64,000 bases of DNA from Thermoanaerobaculia bacterium (GCA_963664405.1 OY761158.1:4928001-4992000); one strand, 5' to 3'; positions 39,546 to 50,317 are shown, counted from the first letter of the stretch. Numbers and translations: made by a program. Notes: generated from the letters alone by a model not told the origin.

Positions 39546-41480
39546 CTAGACCGGCGGAGCCAGACGGACGATCTGCCCGCCCGAAGCGTTCTCCAGAAGG
39601 AGCAGAATGTCGCCGGAGGGACTCACCTCGACGTCTCTGATTCGCGCGAGATTCTCGACCACCGTTTCGCGGTGCGAGAGGCTGCCATCCTCGATCACGA
39701 AGCGATAGAGGTCTGACCCCTTCAATGAGCCGACCAGCATGTGGCCGCGCCACTTTGGAAAGGCATCGCCGTGATAGATCACGAAGCTCGAGACCGCGAC
39801 AGATGGTGTCAAGTCGACCACGGGTTGCTCGAACTCTTCGAGACTGTACTCGATACCGAGCCCCTCGCCATCGACCGGCTTGCCGTTGTAGTGCACGCCT
39901 TTGGAGGTGAGCGGCCAGCCGTAGTTGCGCCCTGGTAGGAGGAGGTTCACCTCGTCGCCGCCTCGTGGGCCCATCTCGGTCTCCCACAGTTGGCCGGTCT
40001 GCGGATCGTACTCGAGACCATGCGGGCTGCGATGACCGTAGGTCCAGATCGTGTCGACCGCATCCGGCACGGTGAGGAAGGGGTTGTCCTCGGGCACTCG
40101 CCCATCGTCGTGGATGCGGTGGATCTTGCCCCAGGGACGATCCAGATCCTGAATCCCAGCATATCGTATGCCCGGAAACATGCCGACACTGAGGAAGAGG
40201 TGGCCGGCCTGGTCGAAGGCGATCCGCCCGCCGGCCGTCATATCGGTACCCGGGGCGTAGAGCTCTCGGTCCACCGCCCAGAGGGTCTCCTCGTCAACCC
40301 AGTGGCCGTCGCGAATGCGGCCGCGGATCAGCTTGACCATTGACACTGGAGGCTTCCGGCCGCTGCGACTGATCTCGTTGCAGTCGCTGCAGCGATCGCC
40401 GTAGGAAAGGTAGATCCACCCGTTGTCCTCGAATTCGGGATGAGGCGCGACATCCAGGATCCAGCCATTGCCGAGGCGCATCGGCCCGCGCTGGGGAGCA
40501 TCATCGTAGCCCTCCGGTGCGCCGGCGATGAGGCCGGACTGCTCTCCGTCGGCCGAGATGAGGGTCAGGCCGCGCATCTTCTCGGTGAGCAGGATGCGGC
40601 CGTCTGGGAGCGGAGCGATGGAGTAGGGCAAGGGATCGAGATCTTCGATGACGGTCTCGAGGCGAAAATCGTGGAGCTCGCTCGACAGAGTGCCGCTGGG
40701 CACCTCGAGGGGCGCGGCCATTCTGAAGTCGGCGTAGGTCGACTGGGCGCGTTCTTCGGAGATGAAGATGGCGAGGCTCCTGATCTGGGTGTCGGTCAGC
40801 TCCCCGGAGAATTCCTCCATGCTGGTGCCTGGAACGCCCTTGCTGATCGTTTCGATCAGCTCCGCCATGGAGTCGCCATGCATGAGATCGACGCCGACCA
40901 AGGGCGTGCCCTGGGCTTCACCCGTGAGGTCGGCTCCGTGGCACACCGAGCAGTATTCTGTAAACAGTTCAGCGAAGGCCGGGCCGTCCGTACCGGCAGG
41001 AGAAGCACCCGCGGCAGAAGCACCCGCGGCAGAACCACCTCCATCGTTCCTGGATGCGACCAACTCGAGAAGGCGGTCCAGTTCTCCTAGATCGATGCCG
41101 CCGTCGCCATTGGCGTCGATCATCGGGAAGTTCGCTTTCATGTCATCCACCGCTTCGTCCCTACTGATCGCGCCGCTATTGTCGCCGTCGAGCGCGTCAA
41201 GGATTTGTTGAGGTGACTGCGCACCCGCGGCAGGAGAGAACATGAAAGCGGCCATCGCCGCAATCACGAGCCCTGCCGTCGGACGTGAGCTAGGCCAGCG
41301 TTTCCGAAGTTCGCGCCACCTATCTCGGCCCCTTCTGCCCGCTGGCGGCGTTGCACCTCCTCGCCAGATTCCCAATATGCCTGCGTCGGTGCGCCTTGCC
41401 AGCGAACAGAATGACCTCGAGCTATGCGACTCGAACTTCGGAAACGCTGGTCTAGTGATCCTCGCTGAGTCGAACCTCAT
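39546..41480 (-). CDS. EF-hand + cytochrome c + PQQ-dependent sugar dehydrogenase (GSDH) fusion with in-frame MITE
   Basis: CSVCH heme motif; YGHRSPHG, EMGPRGGDEVN, NYGWP. Confidence 0.85.
   Translation of the reverse strand: MRFDSARITRPAFPKFESHSSRSFCSLARRTDAGILGIWRGGATPPAGRRGRDRWRELRKRWPSSRPTAGLVIAAMAAFMFSPAAGAQSPQQILDALDGDNSGAISRDEAVDDMKANFPMIDANGDGGIDLGELDRLLELVASRNDGGGSAAGASAAGASPAGTDGPAFAELFTEYCSVCHGADLTGEAQGTPLVGVDLMHGDSMAELIETISKGVPGTSMEEFSGELTDTQIRSLAIFISEERAQSTYADFRMAAPLEVPSGTLSSELHDFRLETVIEDLDPLPYSIAPLPDGRILLTEKMRGLTLISADGEQSGLIAGAPEGYDDAPQRGPMRLGNGWILDVAPHPEFEDNGWIYLSYGDRCSDCNEISRSGRKPPVSMVKLIRGRIRDGHWVDEETLWAVDRELYAPGTDMTAGGRIAFDQAGHLFLSVGMFPGIRYAGIQDLDRPWGKIHRIHDDGRVPEDNPFLTVPDAVDTIWTYGHRSPHGLEYDPQTGQLWETEMGPRGGDEVNLLLPGRNYGWPLTSKGVHYNGKPVDGEGLGIEYSLEEFEQPVVDLTPSVAVSSFVIYHGDAFPKWRGHMLVGSLKGSDLYRFVIEDGSLSHRETVVENLARIRDVEVSPSGDILLLLENASGGQIVRLAPPV
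41290..41455. mobile_element. MITE-like element, copy 2, in-frame insertion
   Basis: CTAG at 41290 and 41452 (162 bp = 54 codons); TIR with a compensatory change relative to copy 1. Confidence 0.85.
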
Positions 41481-41637
41481 GATGCCTTCTCCTGTGCGTA
41501 CCCGACGTTTCTCGGACATTCCCGCTGTCCCTTTTCTCTGTCGATGACTCGGTGCGGAGTTTCCTCCACCCGGGCCAAGCTAGCCCAACAAGGGAATCAC
41601 CTCCGCATGGTCGCGTAGACTGACACATATACGTACT

Positions 41638-41658
41638 ATTGTCACTACGAGTGACAAT
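41638..41658. promoter_or_regulatory. Palindromic operator ATTGTCAC-N5-GTGACAAT
   Basis: Lies in an upstream region homologous to 19805-19850. Confidence 0.6.
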
Positions 41659-41736
41659 CGGTTTGGCTAGGAGTCGACCAAGGAAGTCGACGGATGATCA
41701 AGAGAGCTACAGTTGAGCGCATCAGGGGGGGGTGGT

Positions 41737-41844
41737 ATGAAAGAGAAGTTCTCGAACTTCGACAGCAAGGGTGACGGCGGGATCGATCTTGCTGAGCTCA
41801 CTGCGATTCTGAAGGCGGTGAATGCGCAACGCGGTTCAAGCTAA
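41737..41844 (+). pseudogene. Orphan EF-hand fragment
   Basis: MKEKFSNFDSKGDGGIDLAELTAILKAV resembles the C-terminal EF-hand of the sulfatase at 16743. Confidence 0.55.
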
Positions 41845-43972
41845 GACTGGCGATTCAACAAGCGACGTTAGGCTGTCGGTTCCTTGGATCTGCCTCTTGG
41901 TTGCCGGTTGTCTATTGGCGCAGGCCGGAGCCCGTGCGCAGACCCTTTCTCGTAGCCGTGAGATAACCATCGATGTAATCGACGGGCGAGCGTCAGACAC
42001 TCTCGATGCGTCGGCCCTTCGAGTCGAGCAGGGCGGTGGTGAGGCGGAGATCGTGGACCTTCGACCTGTTGCCGGCAGCCCTTGGAGCCTGCTGATCTAT
42101 GTCGACGCTCTCAGTTCCACTGCCCAGGGGCTCGAAAGGGCCGCGGCGGTTCTGCAAGAGGTCGTTCCGGTGCTTACCGGACTCGGCGAGGTGACCCTGC
42201 TCGTAGTCGACGAGCGGCCAGAGCCGTGGATTGAGAGCAGTCGTGATCGAGGGGAGCTCGAGCGAGCGTTTGCAAAGCTGGCGGAGTCCCCTTTCCAACG
42301 GCCGGATCTGGGAATAGAGGGCTTCTCGTCGTGGCGGCGAGGGCTGTTGATCGATGCCCTGGTGGGCGCGGCCGGTGATGGCCCGCGGGCCGTTCTCGTA
42401 GTAGGGGACGCCAACGGCGAGCGGTTGACGACGACAGAACGAGAGGTAGACCGCCTCGAACGAACCAGCCTGGCGGCGATTACGGCGGCTTTGGACTGGG
42501 TTGCTTTTCCGCTCCACCTCGCCGGCGATGGCGCGGATGTTGCGATCTCGCCCTTGGCCGAAGAAACCGGCGGCGCCGTAGCAGCGGATGCCGATGGGCT
42601 CTCGGATGCGCTGCTGCGACTCCACGAGCGCTCATTTCTTCGCTTTCGGGAGCGTGTCGGAGGTAATGGTGAGATCACTCCACTGTCGGTTGTGACAGAG
42701 GCCGGAACAGTGCGGGCCGCGCGTTGGTCGGCGCCGATCAGCCCGGATATCGTGCTCATAGCGCGCGGGAACGGCCTTCTCGGTGAAGGAGTCGATGGCG
42801 ATCTCGACGTGATCAGTACCGGTACGCTGGAGAGCGATGGGAACGGAGAGGAAGAGCTCGAGCTGGAGATTCTGACCGAGGTGTCTTCTCTCCCCGCTCT
42901 TGAACGGCCCCTGGCGGATTTGGTCAGAAGAGGCGCCAACTACTTCTCGTCCTCGCGTCTGCGAGTGACTCTGTTGCTCGACTTTGTCGACCAGTCGCCG
43001 TCCATCTTGCATTTTCGCGGACGCGGAGCGCGTCTCTCCGGCTCCGCCAGGTGGCTGGTTCAGGCACGGGCGCCGGTCTCGGCCGAGCTACGACAGGTGG
43101 TGGCCGTCGTCGAGGACCTGGGGACGGGTCGATGGGGCGTGGCCGAGATCGATTTCGGGGGCGACTCTCTGGGGATACTCGATCCGGACACCGTCGTCGA
43201 GGCGGTCGATCTGCGCCCCGCGACGGATGCCGAGGACAAGCTGATCGAGCTCATCCCTCCTCGTCAGCGCGACCTCACCGGAACGCAGCAATTCCGCACC
43301 ATGTCGCTCAGCTCTCTCATCGGCCGGGTGGTTTTCTACCTCGACGGCAAGGTGATGGGGGAGGATCGGAGAAGTCCTTTCAGCGCGCGCATCGATCTCG
43401 GACCAGAGCTGAGACCTCGGGAAGTTGAGGTGGTCGCTTTCGATCGCGCCGGCCAAGAGATGGGGCGCGACAGCCTGATCGTCAATCGGGGAGGTAGCGC
43501 CTTCGAGGTCGAGCTCGTGCGAGTCGAAGGAGATCCGGTCGATGGATTGCTACAGGTTGCGGTAGAGGTCAGTGTTCCTCCCGAGCGCTCCCTGGATCGT
43601 GTCGAGCTGTGGTGGAACGACACTTTGAAGAAGACTTTGGAGAGCGCTCCGTTTGTCTCGGAGATCGGGGTCCGGGGGACCGGCGGCACTGACTTCGTTC
43701 GGGCGGTCGCCTATCTCGACGACGGCAGCAGCTTCGAGGATGTGGAGCTCTTCGGCGCCGAGTTGCGTTGTAACCCCGGCGCGTTGCATCATCGGGTCAA
43801 GCAAGTAAAGAGGATCGCACCGGAACACTCAACCTTCCGGGCAGGAGAGCCAGTTGTTGTATCGAATGTTGTTGGTGTTTCTGCTGCCGGCCTTGGTTCA
43901 CGCCAAGCCGAACATCTTGTTCATGATGGTCGACGACCTCGGCTGGAACGATGTCGGCTACCACGGCAGTGA
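41822..43972 (+). CDS. Secreted VWA-like/Ig-domain protein, probably C-terminally truncated near 43760
   Basis: Ig-like segments (VVFYLDG..PFSARIDLG; FVRAVAYLDDGS..ED); tail runs out of register into the sulfatase leader. Confidence 0.6.
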   Translation: MRNAVQAKTGDSTSDVRLSVPWICLLVAGCLLAQAGARAQTLSRSREITIDVIDGRASDTLDASALRVEQGGGEAEIVDLRPVAGSPWSLLIYVDALSSTAQGLERAAAVLQEVVPVLTGLGEVTLLVVDERPEPWIESSRDRGELERAFAKLAESPFQRPDLGIEGFSSWRRGLLIDALVGAAGDGPRAVLVVGDANGERLTTTEREVDRLERTSLAAITAALDWVAFPLHLAGDGADVAISPLAEETGGAVAADADGLSDALLRLHERSFLRFRERVGGNGEITPLSVVTEAGTVRAARWSAPISPDIVLIARGNGLLGEGVDGDLDVISTGTLESDGNGEEELELEILTEVSSLPALERPLADLVRRGANYFSSSRLRVTLLLDFVDQSPSILHFRGRGARLSGSARWLVQARAPVSAELRQVVAVVEDLGTGRWGVAEIDFGGDSLGILDPDTVVEAVDLRPATDAEDKLIELIPPRQRDLTGTQQFRTMSLSSLIGRVVFYLDGKVMGEDRRSPFSARIDLGPELRPREVEVVAFDRAGQEMGRDSLIVNRGGSAFEVELVRVEGDPVDGLLQVAVEVSVPPERSLDRVELWWNDTLKKTLESAPFVSEIGVRGTGGTDFVRAVAYLDDGSSFEDVELFGAELRCNPGALHHRVKQVKRIAPEHSTFRAGEPVVVSNVVGVSAAGLGSRQAEHLVHDGRRPRLERCRLPRQ

Positions 43973-45317
43973 GATCAAGACACCGAATATCGACGCGCTG
44001 GCCGAGCGGGGCGTCGAGCTCGATCGCTACTACGCTTTCCCCATGTGTAGCCCGACGCGAGTTGCGTTGATGACGGGTCGGTCGCCAATTCGCCAGGGAG
44101 TCGACACTCCAATCGGTCCCCACGGCGGTATGCCACTCGATGAGCATCTGTTGCCGCAGACGCTGCGGACGGCCGGCTACCAGACCTTCATCACCGGCAA
44201 GTGGCATCTCGGGCTGGAGCACGCCGCCTCGCATCCAAATAACCGCGGCTTCGACCACGCCCACGGGCATCTCGCCTCTGCGGTCGACTACTTCACTCAC
44301 ATCTGGGAAGGTGGCCTCGACTGGCATCGCAACGGCAAGGTGATTCGCGAAGAGGGCTACACCACCGAGCTCATCACCGAAGAGGCCGTGAGCTTGATCG
44401 AGGGGCGCGACAAGTCGAAGCCGATGTTTCTCTACGTCGCCTTCAATGCGCCGCATTCGCCGCTGCAGTCGACCGAGAAGTATCTGCAGCGCTACCCGGA
44501 CATCGGCGATCCGTATAGGAAGCTCTTCGCCGCCATGGTGAGCGCGGTCGACGACGGAGTGGGCAAGATCCTCGATACCCTCGAGACGGAGGGCATCGCC
44601 GACGATACTCTGGTGGTTTGGGTCAGTGACAATGGAGGAGCGTTGCAGGCGGGCGCCGACAACAGCCCCTTGCGCGGTGGGAAGGGCACGACCTTTGAAG
44701 GCGGTCTCCGAGTTCCAGGCCTGATCTACCAGCCTGGCGTGCTCGAAGGCGGGAAGCTCAGCCAGATGTTCACCGCTCATGACTGGTTCCAGACCTTGAC
44801 CACGGCGGTCGGGGTGACACCAAAGAACACCAAGCCCTTCGACGGGATCGACATGTGGGCGGCGCTCAGCGAGGGCGAGAAGGCCGGCAGGCGCGACACG
44901 GTCATCGGCATCGACGGCAACTACACGATCTTCAGGCAAGGCTGGAAGTTGGTCGAACATACGCCGCGGCGAAGCGACACCACAACGATGCACCTGTTCC
45001 GTATTCTGGACGACCCCAGCGAAGAGCACGATCTCATCGATGAGAATCCGGATCTGGCCAAGGAGCTGTTGGCCGCTATCCGAGCGATTCCCCGTCCGCC
45101 CTCGGTCAGCCGAGACCGGCCCGGTGAAGGATTTCGGACCGCGCGTCGACAGAACGCAAGGACTGGGGGCGCTGGGCGTGGTGGCGGGGCCGGGGGGGGT
45201 GGTCGCGGCGGTGGAGTGAGGAATGGTGCTCGTGGTGGCGGTGGCGGCCGGGATCCCTTAGCGGGTTGGAAAGAGGAGACGCGGGAACCGTGGGTGGAGG
45301 TAGCGATCCGTGATTAA
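43854..45317 (+). CDS. Arylsulfatase (ArsB-like)
   Basis: PNILFMMVDDLGW, CSPTRVALMTGR, GKWHLG, SDNGG. Confidence 0.95.
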   Translation: MLYRMLLVFLLPALVHAKPNILFMMVDDLGWNDVGYHGSEIKTPNIDALAERGVELDRYYAFPMCSPTRVALMTGRSPIRQGVDTPIGPHGGMPLDEHLLPQTLRTAGYQTFITGKWHLGLEHAASHPNNRGFDHAHGHLASAVDYFTHIWEGGLDWHRNGKVIREEGYTTELITEEAVSLIEGRDKSKPMFLYVAFNAPHSPLQSTEKYLQRYPDIGDPYRKLFAAMVSAVDDGVGKILDTLETEGIADDTLVVWVSDNGGALQAGADNSPLRGGKGTTFEGGLRVPGLIYQPGVLEGGKLSQMFTAHDWFQTLTTAVGVTPKNTKPFDGIDMWAALSEGEKAGRRDTVIGIDGNYTIFRQGWKLVEHTPRRSDTTTMHLFRILDDPSEEHDLIDENPDLAKELLAAIRAIPRPPSVSRDRPGEGFRTARRQNARTGGAGRGGGAGGGGRGGGVRNGARGGGGGRDPLAGWKEETREPWVEVAIRD

Positions 45318-45384
45318 AGCATCGAGTCAAGCAGACAAAGAGATAGCCCACCGGAACCCTTAACCTTCCGGGGAGGAGAGCCAA

Positions 45385-46770
45385 TTGTTGTATCGAGTGT
45401 TGTTGGTGTTTCTGCTGCCGGCCCTGGTTCACGCCAAGCCGAACATCTTGTTCATGATGGTCGACGATCTTGGCTGGAACGATGTCGGCTACCACGGCAG
45501 CGAGATCAAGACGCCGAATATCGACGCGCTGGCTGAGCGGGGCGTCGAGCTCGATCGTTACTACGCCTTCCCCGTCTGTAGCCCGACGCGAGTTGCGTTG
45601 ATGACGGGTCGCTCGCCGATTCGCCAGGGCGTCGATTTTGCCATCGGCCCCCACGGCGGGATGCCACTCGATGAGCATCTGCTTCCGCAGACGCTGCGGG
45701 CGGCCGGCTACCAGACCTTCATCACCGGCAAGTGGCACCTCGGGCTGGAGCACGCTGCCTCGCATCCGAATAACCGTGGCTTCGACCACGCCCACGGGCA
45801 TCTCGGCGGCGGGCTCGACTACTTCACTCACATTTGGGAGGGTGGCCTCGACTGGCATCGCAACGGCAAGGTGATTCGCGAAGAGGGCTACACCACCGAG
45901 CTCATCACCGACGAAGCGGTGAGCCTGATCAAGAGTCGCGACAAGTCGCGGCCGATGTTTCTCTACGTCGCCTTCAATGCTCCGCATGTTCCACTGCAGG
46001 CGACCGAGAAGTATTTGGGCCGTTACCCCGACATCGGCGATCCGTATCGGAAGCTCTTCGCTGCCATGGTCAGCGCCGTCGACGACGGCGTCGGCAGGAT
46101 TCTTGCCGCGATCGAGGCGGAAGGCATCGCCGACGACACCCTCGTGGTCTGGGTCAGCGACAACGGAGCGATTCCGGGGGTGGGCGACAACAGCCCCTTG
46201 CGTGCGGGGAAAGGCACGACCTTCGAAGGCGGTATCCGTGTCCCGGGCATGATCTTTCAGCCTGGCGTGCTCGAAGGCGGGAAGTTCACCCAGATGGTCA
46301 CAGCGCAGGACTGGTTCCAGACCTTGACCACCGCGGCAGGCGTGACGCCGAAGAATACGAAGCCCTTCGACGGGGTCGACATGTGGGCGGCACTCACCGA
46401 CGGCCAGGAGGTCGACCGGCGGGACACCGTCATCGGCATGTATGGCAACTACACGATCTTCCGAGATGGCTGGAAATTGGTCGAGCACACGTCTCGGATG
46501 GGCAATACGACCACGATTCACCTGTTCCGACTTTTGGACGACCCGAACGAAGAGAACGATCTCATTGATGAGAATCCGGATTTGGCCAAGGAGCTGTTGG
46601 CCGCTATCCGTGCGATTCCGCGTCCGCCCTCGGTCAGCCAGGTTCGGCCCGGAGAAGGATTTCGCTCACGTCGAGAGGCGACGAGGGGTGGCAGAGGTGG
46701 CCGGGACCTCTCGTCGGGTTGGAAAGAGGAGACCCGGCAGCCGTGGGTGGAGGTAGCGATCCGTGACTAG
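45385..46770 (+). CDS. Arylsulfatase, tandem paralog
   Basis: Same motifs; duplicated together with its leader (43790 vs 45320). Confidence 0.95.
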   Translation: MLYRVLLVFLLPALVHAKPNILFMMVDDLGWNDVGYHGSEIKTPNIDALAERGVELDRYYAFPVCSPTRVALMTGRSPIRQGVDFAIGPHGGMPLDEHLLPQTLRAAGYQTFITGKWHLGLEHAASHPNNRGFDHAHGHLGGGLDYFTHIWEGGLDWHRNGKVIREEGYTTELITDEAVSLIKSRDKSRPMFLYVAFNAPHVPLQATEKYLGRYPDIGDPYRKLFAAMVSAVDDGVGRILAAIEAEGIADDTLVVWVSDNGAIPGVGDNSPLRAGKGTTFEGGIRVPGMIFQPGVLEGGKFTQMVTAQDWFQTLTTAAGVTPKNTKPFDGVDMWAALTDGQEVDRRDTVIGMYGNYTIFRDGWKLVEHTSRMGNTTTIHLFRLLDDPNEENDLIDENPDLAKELLAAIRAIPRPPSVSQVRPGEGFRSRREATRGGRGGRDLSSGWKEETRQPWVEVAIRD

Positions 46771-47620
46771 ACCAGCGACCGTGATCACAGTTTTGGCCCT
46801 TTGCTTTGTCCCGTCGTGGGCGTGGGCTGCAGCCATCCGCGACGAGCCCGCGATTCCCGCCGACGCCGAGAGCGCCGTCGATCGCCTCAACAACTCTCCT
46901 CGCCATGGCGAATGGGTGGACATCGTCGAGGGTCGCGGCGATCATGGCGGCTGGAACGACAGCGTGCGGGCCTGGGTCAGCTATCCGGAGCGGGCGACCA
47001 CCGCCCCGGTGGTGATCGTCATCCACGAGATCTTCGGCCTCACCGATTGGATTCGGGCGGTCGCCGATCAACTGGCCGGCGCCGGCTTCATTGCCATCGC
47101 CCCCGATCTGCTCACCGGGGTCGGAGCCGCCGGCGAGACACCGGAGGACCCCCAGGAGGCGATCAAGCTGGTCCGCGGGCTGCGCATCGAAGACGTGACC
47201 AGACGGCTGACCGCCGTCGCCCGTTACGGTAGCTCGCTACCGGCGGCCAACGGAAGGTTCGGCACTGTGGGGTTCTGCTGGGGCGGCGGAACCAGCTTTG
47301 CCTTCGCCGGCCACGACATGGATCTGAGTGGGGCGGTCGTCTACTACGGCAGGACCCCCGAAGCCGAGATCCTGGGGAAAATCAGCGCGCCTGTGATCGG
47401 CTTCTACGGCGGCGACGACGCGCGCGTCAACGCCACCATCCCGCTCGCCGAGAGCGAGATGTCGCGGGCGGAGCAGAGCTACACCAAGAACGTCTTCGAG
47501 GGCGCGGGGCACGGCTTCTTGCGTCAGCAGTCAGGACGCGATGGCGCCAACCTCGACGCGACGAAGGCGGCCTGGCCCGCCACGGTGAAATTCTTCAAAG
47601 AGCACCTGGAGACCGAATGA
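46763..47620 (+). CDS. Dienelactone hydrolase family protein
   Basis: IHEIFGL, GFCWGG, GAGHGF; signal peptide. Confidence 0.9.
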   Translation: MTRPATVITVLALCFVPSWAWAAAIRDEPAIPADAESAVDRLNNSPRHGEWVDIVEGRGDHGGWNDSVRAWVSYPERATTAPVVIVIHEIFGLTDWIRAVADQLAGAGFIAIAPDLLTGVGAAGETPEDPQEAIKLVRGLRIEDVTRRLTAVARYGSSLPAANGRFGTVGFCWGGGTSFAFAGHDMDLSGAVVYYGRTPEAEILGKISAPVIGFYGGDDARVNATIPLAESEMSRAEQSYTKNVFEGAGHGFLRQQSGRDGANLDATKAAWPATVKFFKEHLETE

Positions 47621-49090
47621 GAGCTTGGGCAGCCTTCGCTCTGCTGCTAGCGGCCGCGACTCTCGAAGCGAAACCGAACGTCGTCTTCATCATGGCCGAC
47701 GACCTCGGCTGGAACGACGTCGGTTATCACGGCAGCGAGATCCGCACTCCCAATATCGACCACCTGGCCGAAGAGGGGGGTCGAGCTCGATCGCTACTAC
47801 GCCTTTCCGGTCTGTAGCCCGACGCGGACGGCGTTGATGACCGGGCGCTCGCCTCTTCGTCTTGGCGTCGATCGGCCGATCGAGACCAAGAACGGCGTGC
47901 CGCTGGACGAGCACTTTCTGCCGGAGACCTTCAAGGCGGCCGGTTACGAAACGATGATCACCGGCAAGTGGCATCTGGGCCTCGAGCATGTCGACTACTT
48001 CCCGGGGGCGCGCGGCTTCGATCGCTGGCACGGCCATCTCGGGCCCGGGATCGACTACAACACTCACATCTGGGACGGTGGGCTGGACTGGAACCGCGAC
48101 GGTAAGGCGATCGAGGAGGAGGGCTACTCGACGGAGCTGATCGGTGCCGAGGCGGTGCGCAATCTGCGGGAACGAGACAAGGCGAAGCCGACCTTTCTCT
48201 ACGTTCCCTTCAACGCACCGCATGGACCGCTGCAGGCGCCGGCAAAGCTCGTTGACGAGTACGTGGCGGTAGAGAACCAGGACCGGCGCATCTATGCCGC
48301 GATGGTGAGTGCGATGGACACAGCGGTGGGCTCGATCTTGGCGGCGCTCGAGGATGAGGGGATGGCCGACGACACCATCCTCGTCTGGGCGAGCGACAAC
48401 GGGGGAGCTCTTCCACTCGGAGCGAGCAACGCTCCTCTGCGCGGTGGGAAGGGCGGCTCTTTCGAAGGAGGTATTCGGGTACCGGCCTTGATTCATTGGC
48501 CGGCGCAGCTCGAGCCCGCGAAGTTCTCCCGGCTGATCACTGCGCACGATTGGATGCCGACGTTGGCCGCGGCCGCGGGCATCGAAGTCAAGTCGACCAA
48601 GAAGCTCGATGGCTACAATATGTGGCCTTCACTGAAGGATGGTGAGGATCTCGACCGCGGACCGACTGTCATCGGCATGCTCAATACGGCCAGCGTCTTT
48701 CACGACGGCTGGAAGTACATGGAGCACCGCGGGCGGCGAGAGCCCGAGACGCTTCCTTACCTGTTCCGCATTCTCGATGACCCGAACGAGGAGAACAACC
48801 TGGTCGAGAGTCACCCGGACCTTGTTGAAGAGATGGCGGCAATGCTGCGGTCCATTCCGCGAGCCCCGACGGTGGCGCCCGATGTGGAGATACCTGGCTC
48901 GGGGCGGGCCGGTGGTAGAGGTGGACGGGGTGGGTCCGGAAGAGCCGGGGCGGGGGGAAGAGGTCCTCGGGGAGGCCAAGCTCGGGGAGGCCAACCTCCC
49001 GGAGACGGTCCTCCCGGTCGAGGAGCGGGTAGGCAGGGTTGGAGCGAGATCACCGATATCCCATGGGTAGAGAGAGCGAAGCGAGATTAG
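47617..49090 (+). pseudogene. Arylsulfatase, third paralog, +1 frameshift in G6 (47775-47780)
   Basis: [19 protein letters not shown] then [16 protein letters not shown] continues in the next frame. Confidence 0.8.
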
Positions 49091-49120
49091 TGGACTAGAG
49101 TCGTAGGTAGGAGAGTCGAC

Positions 49121-50317
49121 ATGGCAAGAATACCGAGTCTGAGTCTTGTCCTCGTTTTGGCGGCAGCCGCCCTGCCGGGCGCCCAGAATAGCGAGTGCCC
49201 CAGCGACGGTTTTCTGGACGTTGCCAACCAACCCGGCCCCGGCGGGGACTATCCAATGCCCGAGCTCCAGGTGGAGTGCGAGGGCAACACCATGATCGTG
49301 CGCGGCAACGGGATCCCTCACTACGAGTTCGTCCAGGTCACCCCGAATCCTCTGCTCACTTCGGATCGGGAGTATCGAATCAACCTCGATCCGCGCCTTG
49401 CCGAGACGCCGAGCCCGATTCCTCTGCTCGGAACCGTTGGCGTCGCCATCAACGGCATCCCCTTCTTCGGACCCAATGAGGGCGCGGAGCCCTTCCCCGG
49501 CTTCGGCGACCCGATCTACAACTCGATCATGGACGCGTGCATGGGTCACACCGCAAGGGAGTACCACTACCACGCGTTGGTCCAGGCGTGCCTCGCCGCC
49601 GGCGTGAAGACCGGCGCTCCCTCGCCGGTTCTGGCCTATGCGGTCGATGGCTTTCCTGTCCGCGGGCCCTACGGCTGTGTCGACGAGGACTGCTCGGAGG
49701 TGGTCAAGTTCAAGAGCAGCTGGGAGCGATTGCGCGAGCCAGAGGTCGATTCCTGGGATGCCTACCGCTATGTCGCCAAGGAAGGTGCCGAGTATCTGGA
49801 CCGTTGTAACGGACACAGCGGCGCCGATGCCGACGGCAGGTATCACTATCATGCCACCGAGACCTGGCCCTATATCCTGGGCTGTTTCTCCGGCACGCCC
49901 TCCGGCGGTGCCGGTGCTCACGCGGCGCCGGCGCGCGAGACTCGTGGCGGGCGACGTCAAGGGCCGCCAGTCGATCCCAGGCCGACCGCGGAACAGGTGA
50001 AGATGGCGGCCGCCGCACTCGATCTCGAGGAAACGGTGGTCGCCTCGGCACTGCGAAAGACCGATGGACGCATCGTACCGATGAATTTTCTGGCTTCTTC
50101 CCGCACCCTTGGCGTCGAAGAAGCCGCCCTGCGAGAGGGCCTGGGCGTGCCGCCGAGGAGAAGAAGAGGGTCACCCCCTGGGCAGCTCGCGCCCGGCGAG
50201 GAGCCGCCGTGCCGATTCCGCTGTGGCCAGAGTGACCACAATGCCGTCGGCTGTTCCCTGACTCCGGAGCACAAAGTCGTCTGCAGCCGCCCCTGCGACA
50301 ACAACAAGTGCGGCTGA
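49121..50317 (+). CDS. YHYH-domain secreted protein
   Basis: GVAINGIPF, DACMGH..YHYH, DGFPVRGPY, LDRCNGH..YHYH. Confidence 0.85.
   Translation: MARIPSLSLVLVLAAAALPGAQNSECPSDGFLDVANQPGPGGDYPMPELQVECEGNTMIVRGNGIPHYEFVQVTPNPLLTSDREYRINLDPRLAETPSPIPLLGTVGVAINGIPFFGPNEGAEPFPGFGDPIYNSIMDACMGHTAREYHYHALVQACLAAGVKTGAPSPVLAYAVDGFPVRGPYGCVDEDCSEVVKFKSSWERLREPEVDSWDAYRYVAKEGAEYLDRCNGHSGADADGRYHYHATETWPYILGCFSGTPSGGAGAHAAPARETRGGRRQGPPVDPRPTAEQVKMAAAALDLEETVVASALRKTDGRIVPMNFLASSRTLGVEEAALREGLGVPPRRRRGSPPGQLAPGEEPPCRFRCGQSDHNAVGCSLTPEHKVVCSRPCDNNKCG

Noticed and set aside
753-46521. Long antisense or overlapping ORFs (e.g. 753-2045, 20445-21899, 27221-29059, 43797-45029, 45106-46521)
   Set aside because: Shadow frames of motif-bearing genes in high-GC DNA
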